The notes under the pieces: generated by a model
Seen by the model: the letters and a program-made list of their open reading frames with translations, nothing else
What the model was told of the DNA's origin: nothing
Database searches by the model: none
Shown: piece after piece, positions 1-9,534 of the stretch
How positions within the stretch are numbered: position 1 is the stretch's first letter
How the letters are laid out: each line of letters begins with the position of its first letter
Made by a program: the position numbers and the translations under genes
Assembly: GCA_043825875.1 (NCBI GenBank)
Contig: JBDRRF010000015.1
Location: forward strand, 1 to 55,363
Direction of reading: 5' to 3'
Source: Pseudomonadota bacterium
GTDB taxonomy: Bacteria > Desulfobacterota > Desulfobacteria > Desulfobacterales > RPRI01
DNA length: 55,363 bases

Positions 1-1
1 A

Positions 2-36
2 AAGGGTTCAAGGATTCGAGGCTTCAAGGGTTCAAG
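2..36. repeat. Degenerate 8-bp tandem repeat (RAGGVTTC x4+), possibly cut by the window edge
   Basis: AAGGGTTC AAGGATTC GAGGCTTC AAGGGTTC AAG read directly. Confidence 0.8.
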
Positions 37-148
37 CGATATACTATCCCTAATCTTCTTCTTATCAGAGTTGATCCTGTCTAAAAATTATTGTTGAAGT
101 CCAAAGTAGGCCAATCTCAATTCCAGTGAAATAACAAAAAAATATCAG

Positions 149-291
149 ACAGGATTTACAGGATTAACATGATTATTATCAGTTCGCTCCGGAAGAGCGG
201 ACTGAAGCATGCATCAGCTTCTCGGAGGGTAAGGCAATAAATTATCGCTCTTCGCCGTCAGGCAGAATCCTGTCCATCCTGTTAATCCTGT
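149..291. repeat. REP/MITE-like 143-bp element with inverted arms made of 3x ACAGGATTN 9-mers and an internal hairpin
   Basis: Left arm ACAGGATTTACAGGATTAACATGATT (149-174); right arm AATCCTGTCCATCCTGTTAATCCTGT (266-291); internal stem TCAGTTCGCTC-CGGAA-GAGCGGACTGA (179-205). Confidence 0.65.
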
Positions 292-786
292 ATAAAAAAC
301 ACTACCAATTTAACCCCGATCTGCTATTTCTCTTTTAATGGCGTAATAGTGTTACATCTTGAACCGTGAATTGTGTGGAAAACATAAAATAAATTAAGAG
401 GAAATCATGATAACCAATAAGACAGGAATGTTTGATGTCCATATTCATGATCCGCCTTCCCCCGAAATCTGATCACTGAACCTTAAAAAAAAAGAAAACG
501 CAAATTCATATTTATAGTTAAAAAGTATACTGCTTTACTTTAATACCAAAAAATCTAAATCCGGTGTTACTAAAAAGACTTGCTTGGACGAAAAGAATAA
601 AACTGAAATAATTTAAGACAAAATTTTTGCATTAATAAATAAATTTAATTTATATGTCAAGAATATAATGTTTTTCTGTTGGTGGTAATTTGACTATATC
701 AAATATTTATTTTATAATATTATCAATTTATTACTGTAAAACTCTAATTCTTAAATTGAATAAACCATATGTAAAAAGGTTGAAAA

Positions 787-2115
787 ATGAAAATTGATCC
801 TATCATATCCGGACAATTGCCTGAACGTGTTCAGGAGGCCATTTTTAATCAACAGAACAAAAGTGAAATACTTGTAGGTTGGTTTCAGCTATCTATTGTT
901 AGTTTATTCGGCATACTCTATACTGTTAGCCCCAAGACTTTTTCTTCTCAGAATACATTTACACTTGTTCCATGGTTTCTGGCTATATATTTTATTCTTA
1001 CCTGTGCAAGGATTCTGCTGGCGCAAAGAGGAAGACTTTCAACGCCACTGCTCTATTTGTCTGTACTTGCGGATATTGGTTTACTTCTGTCCATGATTTG
1101 GGCATTTCATTTGCAGTATAATCAGCCTCCCACATTTTATTTGAAATCACCAACCTTGCTGTATGTCTTTATTTTTATTGCCTTGCGGACTTTGCGCTTT
1201 GAAGCGCGATATGTCGTGACGGCTGGCATTATCGCCGCTTTGGGCTGGATCGGATTAAGCTTTTATGCAGGTTATGTTTCAGGTGGTATTAAGATGGTAA
1301 CTCGTGATTATGTACATTATATGACTTCAAACAGCATTCTGGTGGGTGCTGAACTGGATAAGACTATAACAATTCTGACAGTCACCGCAATCCTGGCAGT
1401 GGCTATTACCAGAGCCCGCCGTTTGATGGTGCAAGCTGTGGTGGAAGGGGCCGCAGCTCGTGACCTGGCTCGATTTTTTTCACCGGAAATTGCCCGCAAG
1501 ATTGTGGCCAGTGAAAAACAGATTAGGGCAGGGCAGGGCCAGATTCGGCACGCCGCTATTTTTAACTGTGACATAAGGGGTTTTACTAGAATGGCCGGCA
1601 ATATTGAACCGGATGTTCTTATGAGTTTACTGGCTGAATATCAAGCACTGATCATACCCATTATCCACCAGCACGGAGGAGCTATTGATAAATTTATGGG
1701 CGATGGCATTATGGCCACCTTTGGAGCAGCTTTACCCAGCGAAACTTATGCCGCAGATGCTTTGCGTGCTACGGATGAAGTTCTATCCGCTGTTGACTTG
1801 TGGAATGAGACTTTAACTGCTCATAATCGCCCGCAAATTCGGATAGGCGCGGCTGTATCTACCGGGCAGATTATTTTCGGGGCCGTAGGTGATGCGGATC
1901 GATTGGAATATACTGTTATTGGGGATGCAGTTAATCTATGCGCCAAACTTGAGAAACACAACAAGACCGAAGGAGTTCGGGCTTTGACTACTGAAAATAC
2001 TTACACACTTGCGTTTAAACAGGGTTTTCGATTTATAGATGAGGATAAACGGCTTAAGCAACGCAGGGTGGAAGGCGTAGATGATCCAATAAACCTGATA
2101 GTATTGGCCAATTGA
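787..2115 (+). CDS. Membrane-bound class III adenylate/guanylate cyclase
   Basis: About 6 N-terminal TM segments; motifs FNCDIRGFT, IDKFMGDGIMA, EYTVIGDAVNLCAKLE. Confidence 0.92.
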   Translation: MKIDPIISGQLPERVQEAIFNQQNKSEILVGWFQLSIVSLFGILYTVSPKTFSSQNTFTLVPWFLAIYFILTCARILLAQRGRLSTPLLYLSVLADIGLLLSMIWAFHLQYNQPPTFYLKSPTLLYVFIFIALRTLRFEARYVVTAGIIAALGWIGLSFYAGYVSGGIKMVTRDYVHYMTSNSILVGAELDKTITILTVTAILAVAITRARRLMVQAVVEGAAARDLARFFSPEIARKIVASEKQIRAGQGQIRHAAIFNCDIRGFTRMAGNIEPDVLMSLLAEYQALIIPIIHQHGGAIDKFMGDGIMATFGAALPSETYAADALRATDEVLSAVDLWNETLTAHNRPQIRIGAAVSTGQIIFGAVGDADRLEYTVIGDAVNLCAKLEKHNKTEGVRALTTENTYTLAFKQGFRFIDEDKRLKQRRVEGVDDPINLIVLAN

Positions 2116-2309
2116 TATCAATGACATCCTTTGCTTCTTTAATATAAATTACTTGATTTTAAATAAATATTGCTGTATAGAATATTTCAATGGAATAACA
2201 AATGTATTTAGAACCGGATAATACTATTCATCTTAATTGTTAATATTACTACATCTTATATCTGATCATATTCAATAACCATCCGGTTAAGTTTAACAGG
2301 AGGTGTGAT

Positions 2310-2795
2310 ATGAACAAGCCAGTAAACAGTTGGGATGATATTCCTTCTTTAGAATTGGAGATGGAAGATTCTTCTAAAGAAGAAAAAAACAGAGATAATC
2401 GTCGCCATGGCAGGATTGATTCTAATGTATTGAAGGGCTTACTGCTCGAAAATATATCTTTTCTTCCTATAAAGATAGCCACATTAAACGGTGTTTACGA
2501 TGGTAATATAGAAAATCTGAGCCAAAGCGGCATCCGTTTTTCAGTACCTAATTCCCTTGAAAAAGGTGAGGCTGTTAAGCTGGGATTTATTATCAATTCT
2601 CGTAAGATTACTGTAAAAGGAATTGTCATATGGGTAAATAATTATGAATCAGGTTCAACGGGAGGCTTTGAATTTGTTGATCCTGATCAAAAGGATGTTG
2701 ATTTTATCGCAAGTTTGATTCAAGCAAGCAATTTTAATAAAGTTGCCGAAGCCGAGGAAAGTAAAAAAGAAAATATTGAAGACTTCCCCGAATAA
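2310..2795 (+). CDS. PilZ-domain (c-di-GMP binding) protein
   Basis: RRHGR (RxxxR) and NLSQSG (D/NxSxxG) motifs; AGGAGG RBS. Confidence 0.85.
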   Translation: MNKPVNSWDDIPSLELEMEDSSKEEKNRDNRRHGRIDSNVLKGLLLENISFLPIKIATLNGVYDGNIENLSQSGIRFSVPNSLEKGEAVKLGFIINSRKITVKGIVIWVNNYESGSTGGFEFVDPDQKDVDFIASLIQASNFNKVAEAEESKKENIEDFPE

Positions 2796-3006
2796 GCTTT
2801 ATTTGAATCTTTCTAAATTATTAAATGATTTAATCAGTTTTTAAGCCTGGGTTTTAAATTAATATTTATCGCTGCATTATTATATCTTTATAAGCAACCA
2901 TAGTAGTTCTCACAAATATAAGACCTGCCTTGAAACATAGTATTAATAATCTATTCTATTGAGCCAATTTCAAATTGCAAGCTAATAAAAAGACAGGAGT
3001 GTTGTT

Positions 3007-4581
3007 TTGGAACTGATAATCAATGATTTGCAAATTCCCATTGAAAAAGACGGGATTGATGAATATTTAAATGCTGTTTCCAAAAAGCTTGAAACAGACA
3101 AAAACAATATATCCATCGTAAAAATTCTTAGTAAATCACTTGATATAAGAAGCAAAGAACAATTCTATTATAAAATATCACTTGTTGTAAGTACTGATAT
3201 CAGCTTTAAAAACGATCAAAATATATCTGTATATACAGAAGAAATAAAAGCAAAAAGTAAAATAAATAATATTAAAGACAGGCCTATAATCGTAGGTTTT
3301 GGGCCTGCCGGCATGTTTGCTGCTCTTGAACTTATAGATCATGGGATTAAACCTTTAATATTTGAAAGAGGTAAAAAGATTAAAGAACGCTCAATTGATA
3401 TTCAAAGATTTATAAAAAATAGAGAGATAAATCCTGAATCAAATATCCAGTTTGGTGAAGGAGGCGCCGGGTCGTATTCGGACGGAAAACTTTTTTCCAG
3501 AAGAAATAATAATACTAGCTATGTAAATCGGGTGTTAAAGACTTTTATTAAATTTGGCGCACCTGAAGAAATAGGCTATATCAGCAAGCCTCATTTGGGT
3601 ACTGACGTATTATGCAATATAGTTACTAATATAAGGCTATATATCCTTGAAAGAGGCGGTGAGATATTATACAGCTCTAAAATGACGGACATCCTGATAT
3701 CAGAGGGTATGGCATCGGGCATTATAATTAATGGTGAGAAGGAATATCTTTCTTCAAGTATCTATATTGCTTTGGGGCATTCCGCGCGCGATACATTTGA
3801 GATGATGTATAATAAAGGTGTTGCTCTTGAGCAAAAGCCGATTTTGGTTGGAGTGAGAATAGAGCATCCTGTTGAAACTATTAATCTTATGCGCTATGGT
3901 GATAAATATAAGAATTATCCTGCCTTAGGAGCTGCTACCTATTCTTTGAATTATACCAATCGAAAAATTAAAAGGGGAGTTTATACTTTCTGCATGTGCC
4001 CGGGAGGTGAAGTAATTAATGCTTCATCCAATCAAGGTATGCTGGTTGTAAACGGAATGAGTTACTCAGTCAGGTCATCGGTATTTTCAAATGCAGCTCT
4101 TGTTGTGACCTGTCATATAGATGATTATAAATCAGCGAATCCATTGGCCGGTATCAAGTTTCAAAAAGATATAGAGCAAAAGGCCTTTAACGCAGGAGGA
4201 CAAAAGTGGGAAGTACCAGCGCAAAACCTGATGGATTTTTTGGGTGATCAACACTCTTCCTGCTTAAATAAAAACTCGTACAAGATGGGGGTTGTTTCTG
4301 TTGATATGAAAGAGATTTTTCCAGAATTTGTGACCAAGGAACTTTTGGCCGCATTTAATAAATGGAAAGAAGATTATCCGTTGTTTGTGTCGGAACATGC
4401 GATATTGTTAGGTGCGGAAACAAGAACTTCATCTCCTGTTCGAATTAAACGCAATGATAAATTTGAATCGGTAAATATAAAAAATTTGTACCCTATCGGT
4501 GAAGGTTCAGGCTATACAGGTGGTATAACAAGTTCTGCCGCTGATGCCATAAAGGCTGTTGAAACACATCTGCATTTATAA
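3007..4581 (+). CDS. FAD-dependent oxidoreductase/dehydrogenase (uncharacterised family)
   Basis: IVGFGPAG Rossmann motif; QFGEGGAGSYSDGKL; FCMCPGG; GEGSGYTGGITSSA; TTG start with AGGAG RBS. Confidence 0.88.
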   Translation: MELIINDLQIPIEKDGIDEYLNAVSKKLETDKNNISIVKILSKSLDIRSKEQFYYKISLVVSTDISFKNDQNISVYTEEIKAKSKINNIKDRPIIVGFGPAGMFAALELIDHGIKPLIFERGKKIKERSIDIQRFIKNREINPESNIQFGEGGAGSYSDGKLFSRRNNNTSYVNRVLKTFIKFGAPEEIGYISKPHLGTDVLCNIVTNIRLYILERGGEILYSSKMTDILISEGMASGIIINGEKEYLSSSIYIALGHSARDTFEMMYNKGVALEQKPILVGVRIEHPVETINLMRYGDKYKNYPALGAATYSLNYTNRKIKRGVYTFCMCPGGEVINASSNQGMLVVNGMSYSVRSSVFSNAALVVTCHIDDYKSANPLAGIKFQKDIEQKAFNAGGQKWEVPAQNLMDFLGDQHSSCLNKNSYKMGVVSVDMKEIFPEFVTKELLAAFNKWKEDYPLFVSEHAILLGAETRTSSPVRIKRNDKFESVNIKNLYPIGEGSGYTGGITSSAADAIKAVETHLHL

Positions 4582-4653
4582 AAAAGCCATCTTTTTTGTT
4601 GCTTTTTATGTATAAAGAAGCTTTAAACTGCCATTATTTTTAGAGGTGTTTGT

Positions 4654-6534
4654 ATGATAAGCGTAGAAAATATTTCAAAAAGTTATGGCGGTTATATTCT
4701 TTTCGATGGGGCCGGGTTCAAGATAAACCCAAAAGAAAGAGTCGGGCTGGTAGGTAGAAACGGCCATGGAAAAACTACATTATTCAGACTGATAAAAAAA
4801 GAAGAACAACCTGATTCCGGAAATATTATTATACCAAAGTCTTATCGTATAGGATGTGTTGAACAGCAAATCGAATTTACGGAAGATACAGTGCTCAAAG
4901 AGGGCATGAAAGGTCTTTTGGAAGATGAAAAAGATCACTTCTGGAAGGTTGAAAAAATTTTGGCCGGACTTGGCTTTTCTTCAGATGATTTAGAAATCAA
5001 TCCTCTTGAGCTTTCAGGTGGATTCCAGGTTCGACTTAATCTTGCCAAGTTAATAGTATCCGAACCGGATCTTCTCCTTTTGGACGAGCCCACAAACTAT
5101 CTTGATATTACTTCCATACGTTGGGTTGAGCGCTTTCTTGTTAACTGGCCCCGCGAACTAATGCTTATAACCCATGACAGAGGGTTTATGGATAAAGTTG
5201 TAACCCATGTCGTAGGAATACACAGGAACAAGATAAGGAAAATACCAGGCAACACGGAAAAATATTATACTCAAATAGCTCAGGACGAGGAGATATACGA
5301 AAAAACGCGCGTCAATGATGATAAGCGCAAAAAAGAAATTGAGCTGTTTATAAGCCGCTTCAGGGCAAAGGCAAGGCTTGCCAATATGGTGCAATCAAGA
5401 GTTAAAACCCTTAATAAGATGGAAAAAAAGGATAAGCTTGCAAACATAAAAACCCTCGACTTTTCCTTTAGAAGCGCCCCATATCGGGGAAAGCGCATTC
5501 TTGAAGCAAGTGATATATGCTTTTCGCATGATCCGCAAACCCAGCTTATCAGGGATTTTTCGATCACCATGGGAGCACGAGACAGGGTATGTATTATAGG
5601 AAAAAACGGCAAGGGCAAAACAACACTTCTTAAAATTCTTGCCGGTGTGCTTGTTCCTCAAAAAGGGCTGGTAGATTACAATCCGGCGGCCATAAAAGGA
5701 TTTTTTGAACAGACAAATGTGAGCCATCTTATAGACAGCCGTACAGTAGAAGAAGAAATCCTTTATTCTCATGCTGATATAGATAGGCAGGTTGCAAGAA
5801 ATATTTGCGGAGTAATGATGTTTCAGGGAGATTCCGCTTTAAAGAAAATAGGTGTTTTATCAGGCGGAGAAAAGAGCAGAGTGCTTGTAGGAAAGCTGCT
5901 TGCAACTCCGGTTAATCTTCTTCTTTTAGATGAGCCGACAAATCATTTTGACATGGAATCCTGCGATGCATTACTTGCTGCTATCGATTCTTTTGAAGGT
6001 GCAATAATTATGGTAACGCATAATGAAATGTTTCTTCATGCCCTTGCAGAGCGCCTTATTGTATTCCAGGATGAAAACGTGCATGTTTTTGAGGGAAGTT
6101 ACCAGCGGTTTTTAGAAACAGAAGGATGGAAAGAAGAAAAAATATCAGGTCAAAGTACTTTTATATCTTCCGATATCGTTGAACCCTTATCAAATCAAGG
6201 CATTAAGATAAACAAGAAAGAACTCCGCCGTCTTCGCTCCGAGATAGTCACTGAAAAATCAAAAACATTAAATCCCATAGAACGAAAGATTTCAAAAACT
6301 GAAAATGAAATCGAAGTTCTCGAAAAAAAGTTAAGCAGCTTGATGGAAGCTATGCAAAAAGCTTCGGAAGACAAAACAGGCAAAAAAATTGTCGAACTGT
6401 CAAAATCTATTCATACTTGCCAGACATCCATAGACAGGCTTTTTAATGAACTTGCAGCGCTAACCGATGAATTTGAAGAAAAGAGCGCTGTGTTTGAAGA
6501 AAAGCTGAAACAGATAGAACTTCCTGAAGAATAG
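4654..6534 (+). CDS. ABC-F family ATPase (ribosome-associated, Uup/YheS-like)
   Basis: Two NBDs (GRNGHGKTT, GKNGKGKTT; LSGG; LLLLDEPTN), no TM segments, C-terminal coiled coil. Confidence 0.92.
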   Translation: MISVENISKSYGGYILFDGAGFKINPKERVGLVGRNGHGKTTLFRLIKKEEQPDSGNIIIPKSYRIGCVEQQIEFTEDTVLKEGMKGLLEDEKDHFWKVEKILAGLGFSSDDLEINPLELSGGFQVRLNLAKLIVSEPDLLLLDEPTNYLDITSIRWVERFLVNWPRELMLITHDRGFMDKVVTHVVGIHRNKIRKIPGNTEKYYTQIAQDEEIYEKTRVNDDKRKKEIELFISRFRAKARLANMVQSRVKTLNKMEKKDKLANIKTLDFSFRSAPYRGKRILEASDICFSHDPQTQLIRDFSITMGARDRVCIIGKNGKGKTTLLKILAGVLVPQKGLVDYNPAAIKGFFEQTNVSHLIDSRTVEEEILYSHADIDRQVARNICGVMMFQGDSALKKIGVLSGGEKSRVLVGKLLATPVNLLLLDEPTNHFDMESCDALLAAIDSFEGAIIMVTHNEMFLHALAERLIVFQDENVHVFEGSYQRFLETEGWKEEKISGQSTFISSDIVEPLSNQGIKINKKELRRLRSEIVTEKSKTLNPIERKISKTENEIEVLEKKLSSLMEAMQKASEDKTGKKIVELSKSIHTCQTSIDRLFNELAALTDEFEEKSAVFEEKLKQIELPEE

Positions 6535-6634
6535 ATTTAACTATTAACACCCAGGGCCGGTCGAACCTCTGAGGCTCGCACCAGCAGAGCTGGTGGTTTA
6601 TGCAAGAAAATTAGATGCAGCTATGGAGGAATAT

Positions 6635-8788
6635 ATGACGTTTGTTTCGGAAGCTCCCCAAAAGAATACGGAACTGGAATGGTGGTTCTGTCGCGGGAAT
6701 TATCAAGTTGGTTCGGAGCCTCCTACCTTTTTTATGACCAGTTTTTTCAGGACATTTTCAAAATCTTTAGAGTCAGAGATTACGGGATACTCTCTGTTGA
6801 CAGCTTCTCTATCATCAGATGAAACGTGCCACCGTTTTTCCTCATGGATTGACCAAGGCGCCCAGACTATTTTTTTGAAAAATGTAGATACTATTGAAGA
6901 GTCTACCCTTAGCAAGCATTTTAAAAATGCCTGTCTGGATGAAATTAAAAAATATGGCCCGCCTGCACCCATAAAGCTAAAGTCATCTGTTCCGGTACTA
7001 TCAGAAGATATCCTGGATATAAAATGGGATTCATACAGGTTTTTTCAAACCGGAGACAAGTTTAATCTTTACTGTGATTTTCCCGGAGACAAAAATTGCC
7101 AATTCAGTTTTAGCCCTAGGTATGACCGTTTGAATCTTTCTTCAGGAGATCTTTCCAGGTTTGGCAATATGGCTTATTTTACTTATCCCGATATGGCATT
7201 ATCCGGAATAGTAAACAATCGAAAAGTAGAGGGCAATGCCTGGTTTGACCACCAATTTGGTGATTTTTCCTGGATGTTTAATGATGATGGGAAATCCCCT
7301 TTGTCCTGGATATGGGCAGGAATCAATTTAGACAGCGGCACAGATATTATTTTTATGCGACACATTGATGCAAAAAACCGGCAAACCTTGCATCAATGGG
7401 TTTATGTCCGGCATGCTTCAGGACAAAAACAAAAACTGTATACTGCCAAACTTCATATTATAAAAGAGTGGGAAAGCTCTGTCACCCACATTCATTATCC
7501 AATCGCATTAAGGCTTGAAGTGCCGGAAATTGATCTTAACCTTGATATACTGCCCATGGCGGATGATCAGGAAATTCCATTTTTTGGGGTACAGCGGGCA
7601 ATATGGCAAGGTGCTGCAATGGTTTCCGGTACCATAAACGGTATTTCCCAAACAGGAAAAGGACGACTTGAGTTAAACGGATTTGGTTATATCTTTGATT
7701 CAAGAGAATATATCAACACTTTTGTGAAAACCATTGATACCCATCTGGAAGATTTTTTGCCCCGTAAAATTGATACGCAATGGATCGAAAAGAACATAGG
7801 GAAAGAAAATTATCGCCATGAGCCGGAAGGAATTACAGAAGTCATATCCAAACCGGCCTGGGATTTTTTATCTCGCAGTGGCAAACACTGGCGCCCTTTG
7901 TGTTCCATATTATTTGTTGAATCTACAGGCATACTATCCAAACCTTATGCCAGGTTGATATCTCTGTTTACTGAATTTAATCATACAGGTTCTTTGATCA
8001 TTGATGATATTGAAGATGATTCTCTGATCCGCAGGGGAAAAGAATGTCTTCATCGGGAATTTGGTATTGATGTAGCCATCAATCTTGGAACTTTCCTTTA
8101 TTTTCTTCCTTATATTGTTTTAAAAGACTACCCGGACCTGACTGATCAGCAGCGGCTTGAAATATATCATCTTATCATTCAGGTATGGACAAGGGCGCAT
8201 ATAGGCCAGGGGCTGGATATCTATTGGTCAAAACATTTGAGCCGGGAGAATCTTGAAAAATGGTTAAATGATGACTTAGATGAAAAACTTTTGCAGATGT
8301 ATGCATATAAAACAGGTGCAAGCGTTGAGGCTGTCGCCGAACTGGCCTGTATACTTTCACATGACAGTGGAAAAAAACGGGAGATATTTGCCGCGCTGGG
8401 CAGAGTATTTGGAGTTGCTTTCCAAATTATTGATGATGTAAATAATTTTAATGATTCGCCCGGATGGACAAAAACATGCGGTGAAGATATCAGTGCGGGT
8501 AAACCTACCTATGTGATCGTGACAGCTTTAAAAATGTTGCCTGATAAGGAAAGAAACCGATTTTTAGATATCTTTTGTGATAGTAAACTCAGAAAAGAAA
8601 AAACCGGACTTAAAGAGGCTATTGACATGATAAACAAATCCGGAGCTCTTTCAATATGCAGGTCAAAGGCTGAGAAAATGATAGACTGTGAGTGGCAAAA
8701 TTTTAATGCATATGCCCTGCATTGTGATTCCAAAATAATGCTTAGAATGCTGATTGCCGCATTGCTCAATTATTCCTATGATGTATAG
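6635..8788 (+). CDS. Fusion protein: N-terminal AttH/CrtC-like lipocalin-type domain plus C-terminal trans-isoprenyl diphosphate synthase
   Basis: N-half: LEWWF, GNAWFDHQFG, WIWAGINL, WES..T...YP, DQE, WQGA..VSG, GRLELNG. C-half: GKHWRP, SLIIDDIEDDSLIRRG, GQGLD, YKTG, FQIIDDVNN, EDISAGKPT. Start moved to ATG 6635 behind GGAGG. Confidence 0.85.
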   Translation: MTFVSEAPQKNTELEWWFCRGNYQVGSEPPTFFMTSFFRTFSKSLESEITGYSLLTASLSSDETCHRFSSWIDQGAQTIFLKNVDTIEESTLSKHFKNACLDEIKKYGPPAPIKLKSSVPVLSEDILDIKWDSYRFFQTGDKFNLYCDFPGDKNCQFSFSPRYDRLNLSSGDLSRFGNMAYFTYPDMALSGIVNNRKVEGNAWFDHQFGDFSWMFNDDGKSPLSWIWAGINLDSGTDIIFMRHIDAKNRQTLHQWVYVRHASGQKQKLYTAKLHIIKEWESSVTHIHYPIALRLEVPEIDLNLDILPMADDQEIPFFGVQRAIWQGAAMVSGTINGISQTGKGRLELNGFGYIFDSREYINTFVKTIDTHLEDFLPRKIDTQWIEKNIGKENYRHEPEGITEVISKPAWDFLSRSGKHWRPLCSILFVESTGILSKPYARLISLFTEFNHTGSLIIDDIEDDSLIRRGKECLHREFGIDVAINLGTFLYFLPYIVLKDYPDLTDQQRLEIYHLIIQVWTRAHIGQGLDIYWSKHLSRENLEKWLNDDLDEKLLQMYAYKTGASVEAVAELACILSHDSGKKREIFAALGRVFGVAFQIIDDVNNFNDSPGWTKTCGEDISAGKPTYVIVTALKMLPDKERNRFLDIFCDSKLRKEKTGLKEAIDMINKSGALSICRSKAEKMIDCEWQNFNAYALHCDSKIMLRMLIAALLNYSYDV

Positions 8789-8835
8789 CTATTTCGATAT
8801 TTCCGGTTTTACTTGTTATAAAGCAGGAAGATGTA

Positions 8836-9522
8836 ATGTCTGAATATGCCTTTGTTTTAAAAAACCTTAGCAAACAATACCGCAGCAATAACCTCCCGGC
8901 TGTGGATAATATCTCTTTGCAGATACAAAAAAATGGTTTTGCAGCTATTTTGGGACCCAGCGGCAGTGGAAAATCCACCCTTCTGAATATGATGGGTGGT
9001 ATTGAATCTCCTGATACCGGCCAACTTTTTATCATGGAAGAAAAAATGGCGGTTTCCGGCTGGAACAGGGTCCGGCAGAAAACCATTGGTTTTGTCTTTC
9101 AAAATTTCAATCTGTTTCCGACCCTGACTGCGTTGGAAAATATTGAAATGCCGATGTTCGGTGTAATAAGAGGGCGAAAAAACCGGCGCGCAAGGGCAAC
9201 GGCTCTGCTTAAAAGAGTTGATCTGCTCAACCGGGCCAGCCATAAGCCCTCTCAATTATCAGGCGGAGAATGCCAACGGGTGGCCATTGCCAGGAGTCTT
9301 GCAAATTCACCCCAAATTCTACTGGCTGATGAACCTACCGGCAACCTTGATTCAGGGACTTCGCTAAATATCGTATCTCTTTTCAAAGATATTCATACCA
9401 TTAATAAAACAACACTAGTAGTAGTTACCCATGATGAAAAAATTGCAGAGCATGCGTCTCTTATCCTTAACCTGAAAGATGGAAAATTAGTTTCAGAATA
9501 CAGGAAACCAATCACTAAATAA
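8836..9522 (+). CDS. ABC exporter ATP-binding subunit (LolD/MacB-like)
   Basis: GPSGSGKST, LSGGECQRVAIAR, LLADEPTGNLD, VTHD. Confidence 0.93.
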   Translation: MSEYAFVLKNLSKQYRSNNLPAVDNISLQIQKNGFAAILGPSGSGKSTLLNMMGGIESPDTGQLFIMEEKMAVSGWNRVRQKTIGFVFQNFNLFPTLTALENIEMPMFGVIRGRKNRRARATALLKRVDLLNRASHKPSQLSGGECQRVAIARSLANSPQILLADEPTGNLDSGTSLNIVSLFKDIHTINKTTLVVVTHDEKIAEHASLILNLKDGKLVSEYRKPITK

Positions 9523-9534
9523 TGGAGCCGGGGT

